A model generated the notes under the pieces. The model was not told where the DNA came from. It did not search any database and saw nothing but the letters and a program-made list of their open reading frames with translations. From the IMG/VR virus record IMGVR_UViG_3300031552_000003, positions 11,422-75,421 of that record: DNA of 64,000 nt; one strand, written 5' to 3'. The DNA comes from a virus. How positions within the stretch are numbered: position 1 is the stretch's first letter; every line of letters begins with the position of its first letter. Positions 29,848-39,377 of the stretch are shown here, in pieces. The translations under genes were made by a program, and so were the position numbers.

Positions 29848-30080
29848 GACAATTCATATTTAGATTTAAGTTCTTCAATTCCTGTTTCAATTTGCTGAGA
29901 AATTTTCTCAATTTCTTTGTTCATCAACTTTAATTTCTTTTCAACATCTTCAACAGAATTACATTCCCAATCGTTTTTAAGTTGTTTGAGCAAAGCTGTT
30001 TTGTGCCCGGTTAATTCACTAACTTTTGTTTTAGCTTCATCAACTTGCTTTTTTAATTCTAATAAATCTTGTTCTGTCAT
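29844..30080 (-). CDS. Short coiled-coil protein
   Basis: Heptad pattern; likely start MTEQD at 30080. Confidence 0.6.
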   Translation of the reverse strand: MTEQDLLELKKQVDEAKTKVSELTGHKTALLKQLKNDWECNSVEDVEKKLKLMNKEIEKISQQIETGIEELKSKYELS

Positions 30081-30274
30081 GATTTTAAAGGTTTTATTAT
30101 TATAGTACATTCTGATAAATCAACAGGTTTAATTGTTCTATTTTTATTATTAAATTCTTCTCCTTGCATAGTATCTAAATCAATCCAACTTATATAAGGT
30201 AATTTTCCGTATTTATGATGTTCTATATTTATTCTATTTTTATTAGAATGGTTTATTATTAAGATATTATTCAT
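30077..30274 (-). CDS. Hypothetical protein
   Basis: ATGA overlap with next gene. Confidence 0.4.
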   Translation of the reverse strand: MNNILIINHSNKNRINIEHHKYGKLPYISWIDLDTMQGEEFNNKNRTIKPVDLSECTIIIKPLKS

Positions 30275-30325
30275 AATTTCTAATATTTATTATTTATTAT
30301 TTTTTATTTTTTTGTTTCCAATCAT

Positions 30326-30874
30326 TTATTTGCTTTTATAGATTATTTTATAATTTTTATCATATAATAACTGGTAAATATCAGTTATATGCACGTCCCC
30401 GTAATTTTCAGGGTTTAAATTTTTTCTACACATCATTTCACTCTCATAGCAATAAGTAAACCCGTCTTTATCTTTTGTAAAGATGTTTAATCTTAAATAA
30501 ACCAATGATAACCATTGTACAAAATTCCAATATTGATATGTTTTAGATACAGTATCTAAATGCATACAATAATTTTTTGTTTGGTTTATTTCTTTTATAG
30601 AAAGTTCCTCATTTCTGCGCATAATTGAAAAATCATCTTTATCCCAATTATAATGTTTATTAAAAACAATTGGGTTGTATCCGTTGTCAACAGACCCAAA
30701 TAAATACAATTCACCGGCAAACCATACAAACCTGGCTGCATGGGAATAAATCATAGAAGTATTATATCCTATTTTCTTCCCCCATTTTTTCATTACTGCA
30801 CAAATCGCTTTACTAAGAAAAGTGTTTGATTTTACAAGAAAAGTATCCCCTGTTTTTACATCATTTATATCCAT
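30326..30874 (-). CDS. Permuted papain-like NlpC/P60 (YiiX/YebB-like) protein
   Basis: GDTFLV, YSHAA (His before Cys), YCYE. Confidence 0.6.
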   Translation of the reverse strand: MDINDVKTGDTFLVKSNTFLSKAICAVMKKWGKKIGYNTSMIYSHAARFVWFAGELYLFGSVDNGYNPIVFNKHYNWDKDDFSIMRRNEELSIKEINQTKNYCMHLDTVSKTYQYWNFVQWLSLVYLRLNIFTKDKDGFTYCYESEMMCRKNLNPENYGDVHITDIYQLLYDKNYKIIYKSK

Positions 30875-30904
30875 AGCTTTTTTATTATATTAGTTAAACA
30901 ATAT

Positions 30905-31096
30905 TTAGTATCTATTATTTTTTTGTTTCCAATCACTAATTTCTTTTTGCAAAACATCCCAATTCATCAAGATATATAATTCCACTTCTTTTGTAGCCCT
31001 ATGCTTATTGTGTAGCCAAATAAGATAATAGGCAGGAATATTTGCCATCGGGGTTCCTTTATATTTGCCGTAAGGCATTAAATCTGTGTCTTTCAT
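30905..31096 (-). CDS. DUF3820-like small protein
   Basis: MPYGKYKG..MANIPAYYLIWL. Confidence 0.75.
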   Translation of the reverse strand: MKDTDLMPYGKYKGTPMANIPAYYLIWLHNKHRATKEVELYILMNWDVLQKEISDWKQKNNRY

Positions 31097-31099
31097 AAT

Positions 31100-31540
31100 C
31101 TATAGTATAAAATTTAAACCAATACATGATTCCCAATTCCATAAATCTGACATAAATAAAATAGAAAATTTTTGTGTTAATTTACCACTTATTCCTAAAT
31201 CAAAAGAAGTTTTAATTATATTATCTATATTATTTAGTGTTGAATTTTTAGTATAATCAAAAAAGAAACTACGATTAATTCCAATATAAAAAAATGCTTT
31301 ATCAGGAATTGGGAAAGATGCCCCTATACCTGTTTTTATATTTTGTGTATAAAAATAATCACATTCAATTTTTTTTCTAATATCACCATACCAAATTTTC
31401 CCATATAATCCAAATTTATGAAAGTTGTGATTATATACAATTCCGGTACGGAAATAAGCAGGTTCAATAGTTATAAACAATTGTGCTTTTACTACAATTG
31501 TTAAAAACATAATAAATAACAATACAATTAATTTTTTCAT
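31100..31540 (-). CDS. Secreted outer-membrane beta-barrel-like protein
   Basis: Signal peptide ending VKA-Q; alternating aromatic beta strands; C-terminal IGLNF. Confidence 0.55.
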   Translation of the reverse strand: MKKLIVLLFIMFLTIVVKAQLFITIEPAYFRTGIVYNHNFHKFGLYGKIWYGDIRKKIECDYFYTQNIKTGIGASFPIPDKAFFYIGINRSFFFDYTKNSTLNNIDNIIKTSFDLGISGKLTQKFSILFMSDLWNWESCIGLNFIL

Positions 31541-32409
31541 CTTTCTAAACTTTGATAAACTATGTTCATTACACTTTTACGTATTTGGTTTTTCTTTTCA
31601 AACCTTTCTAAATTGTCTTCAAACGACATAGAAGCTTTCCACTTTTCGTTTAATTGGGAAACAAAACTTTCTATGCGTTCGTTTCGTTGTTCTTCCTTTT
31701 CTAAATGTTCTCTTGTAATAACATTCTCTTCAATTGGTATAAAAACAGGCTCTACGGTGTTTGATTCTGCATTATAAAGGTAAACACGTGGTAAATGTGT
31801 TTCACTTGCACGTTGACGTGATAGTGAGCCTGGATTTACTAAAATTCTACCTTCATATTCTTGTACAAAAGGTTGATGATTATCGCCTGTTACAATTAAA
31901 TCATAATTCGGATATTGTTTCAACAATTTACTTGCTTTTGGTTCTGTACAATCTGGCCAAGGTTCTTTACCTTGATATGTAAATTTATGCCAAGCAAGGG
32001 TTTTAGCCATATCTTGTGGTACACTACCCCAACTACACATTTCAATATCTTTGAAAGTATATGTTATAACTTTCCCAGCTCTATAAAGTGTATATAATCC
32101 ACACTTTTCAATTAAATCAAGATTATGTTGTGGAAGATCATGATTTCCATATACTGAGAAAAATTGTTCCGGTAAATGTTTCATTGTTTTAGAAAGTAAC
32201 CATGGAGAAGGTTTCCATGTGTGGAAAACGTCCCCCCCGCAAAGTACAGGGCAATTATACTTTTTTTGTAAATTAGAAATAAAATCGAGTTTTCTCCATT
32301 GTGTAACATTTACAAAATCATCAGTACGACAAACAGGTTTATCTTCTCGTAAATGAATATCAGCACACAGTATTAAATCAATTTTCTTTATTTTTGTTTT
32401 TCGTATCAT
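31537..32409 (-). CDS. sbcD: Mre11/SbcD-like metallophosphoesterase nuclease
   Basis: ADIH, GGDVFH, GNHD, WH, GDNH, NPGS motifs. Confidence 0.9.
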   Translation of the reverse strand: MIRKTKIKKIDLILCADIHLREDKPVCRTDDFVNVTQWRKLDFISNLQKKYNCPVLCGGDVFHTWKPSPWLLSKTMKHLPEQFFSVYGNHDLPQHNLDLIEKCGLYTLYRAGKVITYTFKDIEMCSWGSVPQDMAKTLAWHKFTYQGKEPWPDCTEPKASKLLKQYPNYDLIVTGDNHQPFVQEYEGRILVNPGSLSRQRASETHLPRVYLYNAESNTVEPVFIPIEENVITREHLEKEEQRNERIESFVSQLNEKWKASMSFEDNLERFEKKNQIRKSVMNIVYQSLER

Positions 32410-32681
32410 TTTGTTTCAGTTTGTAAATTTCCATTTTCATCTTCATACCAAACAGAACCTCCAATTCCTTTTTGCCTACGTAAAATTAATTCTTGAACAT
32501 GTTTAAATGCCATATTTAATATATTACAAGAAATATTTAATTTTCCTTTAGCAAATCTTGGATTAGAAATACCGTGTTTTTCTCTAATTTCTAAAACACG
32601 TTCCTCAGATTCCGCTTTAATAATATGATGCCCCTGTACTTTTTTTCCATAGACACCTAAATCAAAATAATATTTTTCCAT
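32406..32681 (-). CDS. Hypothetical protein
   Basis: ORF coupled to nuclease gene. Confidence 0.5.
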   Translation of the reverse strand: MEKYYFDLGVYGKKVQGHHIIKAESEERVLEIREKHGISNPRFAKGKLNISCNILNMAFKHVQELILRRQKGIGGSVWYEDENGNLQTETK

Positions 32682-32713
32682 AATTTTTATTTTTTAATTG
32701 TTTGATTACTTAC

Positions 32714-32929
32714 TTATTCTGTTTCGTCTTTCGTATCATTATTTTCAATTAAAGAATATGATTTAAAAACATCTGTTATTTTATTTTCTATATCAATATT
32801 TTGTATGGTAGTTATTATAGCTTCTTTTCCTGCTATAAGATGTATGTGTATTTCTTTTACATTATTAGGATTTAATCCTAATGTTTCACATAATTTGCTA
32901 CCTAATTCAATAGATGATATCTTATCCAT
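32714..32929 (-). CDS. Hypothetical protein
   Basis: Likely start MDKISS at 32929, overlapping the Rad50-N stop. Confidence 0.45.
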   Translation of the reverse strand: MDKISSIELGSKLCETLGLNPNNVKEIHIHLIAGKEAIITTIQNIDIENKITDVFKSYSLIENNDTKDETE

Positions 32930-34004
32930 ATTTTTGTTTTTTAATTGTTTGATTACATAAAGGACAAATTTTTGGCATATTATCTTCAAATTTTTCATGT
33001 AGTTTATCATAATTCTTTTTAGATGTTTCAAACACCTCATCAGTACTTTTTATGTTATTTATAGCACGTTGTAATTTATTTTTTTCTGATAATAAACTAT
33101 CATATTTTTTAAATAATACAAGTAAAGTATCAATAGTTTTTCCGGCAGGGATTAATTTTTCATTTTTTTGTATTTCAAAAAGAGTTTTATTTATTATCCT
33201 GTATAATTCTTTTAATTGTTTTTGCTTTAATTCTAATTTTTTTTGTTTTTCAATATTTTGAATAATTTCATTTATCGAAGTTTCTATTTGTAGCAATTCT
33301 TCATATTCATTAACTTCAATTTGTACTTTTTTTAAAGCAGAACAAATAACAGATAGTTTTTTAGCTTGATTTTGCTTATTAGCTAATTGTTCTTGCATAT
33401 TTTCTAAAACCTCAACCTCTATTTCCACTTTTTCAAGATAATTGAAATTTGAAAGCGTATCAGTGTTTTTTTGCAATTCTGTTTCTTTATATTTAATATC
33501 TTGGTTTAAGGAATTAATCCAAGAATTAATATTTGAATTTGCAAAATCTATTTTATCAAACTTGGAAACTTTGTTAAAATGTTTAGCTACTTCCCCCGGG
33601 GTATTGCTAAGAAGAAAATGTGATGCTAATTGTGTTTGTATATTTGTTTCGTCAATATTTAAAATGTCTGCTATTTCTTCTGGCACACCATTTTTAATAG
33701 CATTGAAATGTGATTCTGGTTCATTTTTTGTTAAATCAAGTAAAACATACCCGTTTTCTTTTTCATTGCGTATTCGAGTAATTTTATAGGTATTATCAAT
33801 CACTATTTTAACAGACGTAGCACCACCCCACCATGAACGAAAAGAATCTCCAGAAGGCTCATTTTTTATAACCCATTGCAAAGCATTCATTATAGCAGAT
33901 TTTCCAGAATCACTTAATCCTACAAGCACATTTACCCCATTAGCAAAAGTAAACTCACTGTGTTTATGAGAAAGGAAATTATTTATTTCAAGTGATGTAA
34001 TCAT
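32922..34004 (-). CDS. sbcC: Rad50/SbcC-like ATPase, N-terminal half
   Basis: LEINNFLSH, GLSDSGKS Walker A, Q-loop, coiled coil, terminal CPLC zinc hook. Confidence 0.85.
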   Translation of the reverse strand: MITSLEINNFLSHKHSEFTFANGVNVLVGLSDSGKSAIMNALQWVIKNEPSGDSFRSWWGGATSVKIVIDNTYKITRIRNEKENGYVLLDLTKNEPESHFNAIKNGVPEEIADILNIDETNIQTQLASHFLLSNTPGEVAKHFNKVSKFDKIDFANSNINSWINSLNQDIKYKETELQKNTDTLSNFNYLEKVEIEVEVLENMQEQLANKQNQAKKLSVICSALKKVQIEVNEYEELLQIETSINEIIQNIEKQKKLELKQKQLKELYRIINKTLFEIQKNEKLIPAGKTIDTLLVLFKKYDSLLSEKNKLQRAINNIKSTDEVFETSKKNYDKLHEKFEDNMPKICPLCNQTIKKQKYG

Positions 34005-34025
34005 ATTTTTTATAATGTTTTATTT

Positions 34026-34544
34026 TTAATTTTTGTATTCACTTTTAGCAAGTTCTAATATCCATAAAGCATCTGCTTCATTATCATTATTTCCTAAATA
34101 ACCTAATTTTTCTTTTGCTGCAGCAATCATAGCAGGTTTTCCACAATTACCTTTTCCAGTAGCAAATTGTTTTATTTCTTTAGCTGAATAAGCTCTATAA
34201 TTTATTCCTCTTTTTTCACAAGTAGATTCTATAATAGCTACTAACTTTGCAGCATGAATTAAAGATGACTTAAACCGCCCTGCAACTCTTTCATAAACTA
34301 CTAAATTAATTTTAGACAATTCAATGACTTCAATCAATTTTGCCTCAAATCTAAGTAATTTCATACCAATAGATTCATCTTTACGGGTAGTTAAATCCCA
34401 TATCCCATAAGAATCCTTTGATAATGCCCACCCTAATTTGGAAGCTTGATCAAGTGCGAGAATATTGCATGTTTTTATAGATTCCAGTTGTGTGCTACAA
34501 TAATCCCCTACTTTTTTAAGTGTTTCCTTTTTAGTTCGTATCAT
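34026..34544 (-). CDS. ruvC: RuvC-like Holliday junction resolvase
   Basis: ILALD, VVYE, IKQFATGKGNCGK, DNEADAL. Confidence 0.85.
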   Translation of the reverse strand: MIRTKKETLKKVGDYCSTQLESIKTCNILALDQASKLGWALSKDSYGIWDLTTRKDESIGMKLLRFEAKLIEVIELSKINLVVYERVAGRFKSSLIHAAKLVAIIESTCEKRGINYRAYSAKEIKQFATGKGNCGKPAMIAAAKEKLGYLGNNDNEADALWILELAKSEYKN

Positions 34545-34726
34545 TTTTTCAATTTATAAATAGCATAAGTAAATTGTTCGATTAAATGTTTTAAATTTTT
34601 TTTATGAACCAAATGGGTTATCATATCAATATCACCTTTTTCATACATTTTAATTGATTTATCAAGTGATTTTTCGTATTCTTTAAGTTCTTTTTCTAAT
34701 AATTGTATAGGGGTTAAAACAGACAT
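34541..34726 (-). CDS. Hypothetical protein
   Basis: ATGA overlap with RuvC gene. Confidence 0.45.
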   Translation of the reverse strand: MSVLTPIQLLEKELKEYEKSLDKSIKMYEKGDIDMITHLVHKKNLKHLIEQFTYAIYKLKK

Positions 34727-34908
34727 TATCTTTCTTTTTTAATATATATTAAACATTCTCTTTATTTTAATCACATCCTCCGTAGTAAGTTTTTTTTGAG
34801 TATTTACTGTAATATTTTTTACTTTTTTTACTTTTTTTACTGCAACAGCAGATTCCTTGGTTTTCGAAAACCAAGGCCAGTAGGACAGTATTAATGGAAA
34901 TATTATCA

Positions 34909-35952
34909 TTATCTTTCTTTTTTACGATTAGAATTAAATTTACTTTGTATTTCTCCCCAAAGGTCTATAACATCATTTTTAAGTTCTTTGATAAGTTTTG
35001 GGTCTTTTTCAATTATTCTAATTGATGCTTCCATAGACTTATCAAGAATTTCTCCACGGTGTATATATACAGTAGCTCCGGTAAACCTTTTAATATATTG
35101 TAAATTTTCACGAATATCATCAATTCCATAATCAAAAATTATAGTAACAGGAGCTACACCAAATGGTCTCCAAATAGAGGATTTAAATACTTCAAAATTA
35201 GTTCTTACCCCTATTGCTTTTTTTACAGTCTTGCCTTTTACTGTTATTTCTTTATAAATTCGTTCCGGGGACATAGCCCTAAGGCGAAGCGAAGCATAAA
35301 AACCAATAGCAAAACCGCCAGGTGATTTTATTCCACCTGTATCAGCGTTTTCCCGTATCTGATTAGAACAAACCATTAAATAATTTTTTTGTTTTAATAT
35401 CCTGGCATTTTTTCGGAATCCTTCACTAAATTCTTTTGCCCTACGCATTCCCATTTTATCACCCTCATCTTTATCCATTTCTAAATTAGTAGAAAGAGCA
35501 GCAAGAGAATCAGTAAATGTTCCATTTACAATATTCTTTACCTCTTTTGGTTGCCATTCACGAATATTTTCAAATACTTCTGTTACTTTATCAGGTGTAG
35601 CATATTTGATATTTTTAATATTTAAATCAAATAATTGTGCAAATTGTTTATTCAATCTTGCTTCCGGGTCATCAAACCTTACTTCTCCACCTTTACGTTG
35701 AATACTCCCAGCTATTTCACAAAGCAAAATAGTTTTTCCAGCACCGCTTGGCCCAAATATTTCCATAAAAATCCCCCCAGGTATTCCCCCACCCCTAATT
35801 TGTCCTCCACTTATTTCAAGATCAAGGAGTGTAGAACCTGTTGAAATTACTGTTTTAAAATCACCTTCATATTCTTTTTTTTCTTTTATTTCTTTCGAAA
35901 CATATTGTTTTATTTGCTTACTCAAAAGTTTTGGTTTTTTTGCCCGTATCAT
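34909..35952 (-). CDS. recA: RecA/UvsX recombinase
   Basis: ISTGSTLLD, EIFGPSGAGKT, DSLAAL, NQIR, PGG.AIGFYASLR. Confidence 0.93.
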   Translation of the reverse strand: MIRAKKPKLLSKQIKQYVSKEIKEKKEYEGDFKTVISTGSTLLDLEISGGQIRGGGIPGGIFMEIFGPSGAGKTILLCEIAGSIQRKGGEVRFDDPEARLNKQFAQLFDLNIKNIKYATPDKVTEVFENIREWQPKEVKNIVNGTFTDSLAALSTNLEMDKDEGDKMGMRRAKEFSEGFRKNARILKQKNYLMVCSNQIRENADTGGIKSPGGFAIGFYASLRLRAMSPERIYKEITVKGKTVKKAIGVRTNFEVFKSSIWRPFGVAPVTIIFDYGIDDIRENLQYIKRFTGATVYIHRGEILDKSMEASIRIIEKDPKLIKELKNDVIDLWGEIQSKFNSNRKKER

Positions 35953-36213
35953 TGTATATTTGTTAGAATTGTTATACCATTATTTGAAATAAATGTGTGT
36001 ATAGGTGTGACATCCCCTTCTATGAGCACTTCTAAAATTGAAGCATTTTTTACTATTTATGATCATTCCAACAATCCCATTTTTTACAATAAGGGCAAAT
36101 AGCATAAGAAGTTATTTTATTATCACTACCAATCACATTTCCATATAAAAGTTTTTTATATGGGATTGGTTTATTGCAATTTTTGCAAATTAATTTAAGT
36201 TTTTTAAGTTCCA

Positions 36214-36573
36214 TTAGATATTTTTTAGAATTAATTTGATATTTTCAGTATGAATCCCTTTTCTTTTCAATTCACTTTTAAGTTCTTTTTTAAAAGCTGC
36301 AAAAGATTTTTCAGGCTTCTTTATTTTTAAAACCTTCCATTCTTCTCTGATTTTTGCAGAAATTTCTTCTATTAAAATATCTTCTTTTCCTTCTATATGA
36401 TTTTTAGCTAAATCATACCAACGTTCCATTTCTCGTTTAACTATTATTGACTTAGTTAAACCTTTTGCAAGGGCAAATAGAGAAAAGTAGGAATGTAATT
36501 CCTTTGGAAATACAATCCCTACTAATTTTCCATCTATACCTTTACTTTTACTACTGCTTTTTAGTATAGACAT
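36214..36573 (-). CDS. Putative DNA-binding protein (RHH-like)
   Basis: LVGIVFP strand followed by two helices; basic. Confidence 0.4.
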   Translation of the reverse strand: MSILKSSSKSKGIDGKLVGIVFPKELHSYFSLFALAKGLTKSIIVKREMERWYDLAKNHIEGKEDILIEEISAKIREEWKVLKIKKPEKSFAAFKKELKSELKRKGIHTENIKLILKNI

Positions 36574-36578
36574 TGTTT

Positions 36579-37742
36579 TTATTTTTTACTTAGTTTTTCT
36601 TTAGCATCAGCACAAGCATCCCAAATTGTACAATCATCACACTCATCAAACTTTTCAGAATCTTTTCCGAATTTATGACCATGTGGGCATTTTTTTCCTC
36701 TTACTACTGTTTTAGTAGGTTTTTCTTCTTCCTCTTCCTCCTCTTCTTCTTCAATTTCAACAGGTTTTCTTCCTGTACCTTTGCAAATAGGGCACTTTCT
36801 TCCTTTTGAATTTTTTCCTGTTCCCTGACAAGCTGTACATCGTTCTTTTTTTGGGATTATTATTTCTTCTTCCTCTTCTTCCTCTTCTTCCTCTTCTTCC
36901 TCTTCTTCCTCTTCCTCTTTTATTTTTCTTTTAGACGAAATTGTCTTTTTATGTCGTTTTGACGTATTTTCTTCCTCATCATCGTCAGGCAAACTTCCCC
37001 CCTCTTCTTCCTCATCTATTTCAAAAAAAACAGCTTTTAATTCTTCATAAGAAAGGACAGAATCTTTAATTATTTCATCAAGATTTGGAATATCTTCTAT
37101 AATACTTTCATCATAAGGATCACGATCTTCAAAAGAAATATGCCTAACTTCCGGATAAGGATTACTATCACCAATAGTTTTCCATTTAATATCACATTCT
37201 AATGTTTTACCTTCTTCCAAATCTGGAAATATTTCCATGTCCGGGTCTTTTTCTAAAGCATCATCAAGAGCATCATTAAATAGTGATTCTGCCATATCCC
37301 ATACATATACAGGTTCTGCTTCATGTTTTTTAGAATCAAGTGGAATTGGGGCATACAAATCCCTGTTTTTTGGGTACAATTTAATGGCCCCTTTTTTATC
37401 TGTTTTAAATAATTCAGTTTGATAATCACAGATAGGGCATTTTTTTCCAACAGATTGTAAACAGATAAAACTTTTGTTTTTTGCACCTATACCTCGATGC
37501 AGTTTATAAGGCCGCCGATACCATGGAAATTCAACCTGAGCACCTAAATCTTTGTCAGGGTGTTTAGGATCGCTTACAATATAAGGCATTAAATCTAATT
37601 GTACAGATTTTACTTTATCATCAAAAATAAGTAAAGAAATACCTTCTGGGAGTTTTAAATAATGTCCTCCTCCTGTTTTTAATTGTTTTTTTGTGCTTGC
37701 GTGTACCCGGCCTTTGAAATAACTTTCTTTTTTCTTTTTCAT
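36579..37742 (-). CDS. Single-stranded DNA-binding protein (gp32-like) with poly-Glu tract and zinc fingers
   Basis: H...C....CPIC zinc site; acidic tail; CxxCxGxG twice; lies between RecA and UvsY-like genes. Confidence 0.7.
   Translation of the reverse strand: MKKKKESYFKGRVHASTKKQLKTGGGHYLKLPEGISLLIFDDKVKSVQLDLMPYIVSDPKHPDKDLGAQVEFPWYRRPYKLHRGIGAKNKSFICLQSVGKKCPICDYQTELFKTDKKGAIKLYPKNRDLYAPIPLDSKKHEAEPVYVWDMAESLFNDALDDALEKDPDMEIFPDLEEGKTLECDIKWKTIGDSNPYPEVRHISFEDRDPYDESIIEDIPNLDEIIKDSVLSYEELKAVFFEIDEEEEGGSLPDDDEEENTSKRHKKTISSKRKIKEEEEEEEEEEEEEEEEEEIIIPKKERCTACQGTGKNSKGRKCPICKGTGRKPVEIEEEEEEEEEEKPTKTVVRGKKCPHGHKFGKDSEKFDECDDCTIWDACADAKEKLSKK
36864..36918. repeat. GAA/GAG 9-bp periodic repeat encoding poly-Glu
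   Basis: (TCTTCTTCC)n on + strand. Confidence 0.85.
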
Positions 37743-37762
37743 ACTAAATCATTTTAAAATTA

Positions 37763-38260
37763 TTATTTACTCCTATGTAATTTTGTGGCAATTCCTTTAT
37801 TTATATTATTGCTTTTGGCTTGTTTTTCTTCTTTTAGTTTACGTTCATTTGATAAATCACGTGGAACCCTTGGTCCTGCAAAATAACTTTGTCCATGTAG
37901 TTGCACAAGTAATTCGAGCATTTTCTTTCTTTGGTCAACTGCTTTTACTGCACCCGAAGCTACATTAAATTCAAAACATTTTTCTAAATAATCTTCGTTT
38001 GCTTCTTTGTACTCATCACTTTGTAAAATAATAGCTGCAATAGCCCCTTCCGTAACTTTTTCAAGTTTGAATTTTTCAGGGCTTGTTCGAATCTTTTTAT
38101 CTAATTCAGCTTTAACTAAACCTAATGCTTCTTTTGACAAATCCCTTTCTTTTTCACACTTTGCAGAATTTCTACAATACTTCATCATCAATACTGCTTG
38201 TTCCAAACATTCTACGTCTAATGACGTTTCATCAATCTCAACATCTTTTTCGTAATTCAT
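37763..38260 (-). CDS. UvsY-like recombination mediator
   Basis: Helical; IDETSLDVECLEQ, KVTEGAI; adjacent to SSB. Confidence 0.55.
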   Translation of the reverse strand: MNYEKDVEIDETSLDVECLEQAVLMMKYCRNSAKCEKERDLSKEALGLVKAELDKKIRTSPEKFKLEKVTEGAIAAIILQSDEYKEANEDYLEKCFEFNVASGAVKAVDQRKKMLELLVQLHGQSYFAGPRVPRDLSNERKLKEEKQAKSNNINKGIATKLHRSK

Positions 38261-38728
38261 AACTTTTCTAAAATTTTAGTTAATATTTTTATTGTTGTGC
38301 TATTTTCAAAAGCATCTGATAAAGCATTTACTAATTCTTGTTTTAAATCATTGGATTCTTCTTCACTTTCAATTAAAATGTTAATTGAAAAAGGTTCAAA
38401 TTTTTGTATTTTTTCTACTTTCATAATCATTCAATTTAAAATGGTTAAAATAAACTAATTAAAATTATCAAAAAAACAATGATTATTGGAATTGCAAATA
38501 TTCCACACCCAATATTCATAAATGAATTTCCTAATTTTGTTAAATCTTGTTCAATCATAATCATTCTGTTTTAATTGTTTGTGTATTTCTTTTCCTAAAT
38601 TTTTTTATTGAATTATCTGCAAAATCTTCTGGATATTGTACTTTTGTAACAGCTCTTTTATAAATATCAATCCATAGCATTTTTTCAATATCATTTTTTA
38701 AAATTAATTTTTTCATAATCATTTATTT

Positions 38729-38935
38729 TTAAGATTCCATAAAACTTATTTTACAAGTAGATCCAACCATTTTATTATACTCAATTTGAGTTTTAGCTGA
38801 CCCAATTATTTTTCCGGCTACGTTAGCTGCTTCTTTGGCTTCATTTACACCAATTTCATTATTCCGTAAACTATTATACACATTAGTTAAATCATTACGT
38901 AAATCAATCATGTTTTTTACATCAATCTTTTTCAT
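38729..38935 (-). CDS. Hypothetical phage protein
   Basis: AKEAANVAGKII helical ORF. Confidence 0.6.
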   Translation of the reverse strand: MKKIDVKNMIDLRNDLTNVYNSLRNNEIGVNEAKEAANVAGKIIGSAKTQIEYNKMVGSTCKISFMES

Positions 38936-38951
38936 ACTATTTAAATTTAAA

Positions 38952-39374
38952 TTAATAATTTTTTAAAATTCTATTTATTTGCATTTGTAAACGTTTTGCT
39001 TCTATTAATTCTGGATATTGCCTGAGTTCATTTAATGGTATTTTCATAGTTGCTGCAATGTAACTATCTGCTAAATTTACTATATTGTTTTTTATTTTAT
39101 AAATTCTTAATCTTTCTTTACATAAAAATAACCTATGTATAGCATCAGCACATTCGATACAATAAATTGAGTGTTCCCTTGTCAAAATATTTTTTGATTT
39201 TTTAAATTCTTTAATTCTCTTTTCTTTTCCACATCTATAACAAACATGTAATTTTACACATAAAGTAAAAGTTTCTTCTAAATTTTTATGATGCTTTTTT
39301 TGATAATCAATAATATATTCACAAGTTGTTTTGTTTAAAATTAAACTTGGTAAGATATATTGTATTCCATTCAT
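38952..39374 (-). CDS. Hypothetical zinc-ribbon protein
   Basis: CYRC...CIEC; PELIEAKRLQ tail. Confidence 0.55.
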   Translation of the reverse strand: MNGIQYILPSLILNKTTCEYIIDYQKKHHKNLEETFTLCVKLHVCYRCGKEKRIKEFKKSKNILTREHSIYCIECADAIHRLFLCKERLRIYKIKNNIVNLADSYIAATMKIPLNELRQYPELIEAKRLQMQINRILKNY

Positions 39375-39377
39375 AAT

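Noticed and set aside
33021-33050. Second hammerhead (CUGAUGA...GAAAC on minus strand)
   Set aside because: No stem II or flanking stems; lies within Rad50 coding sequence
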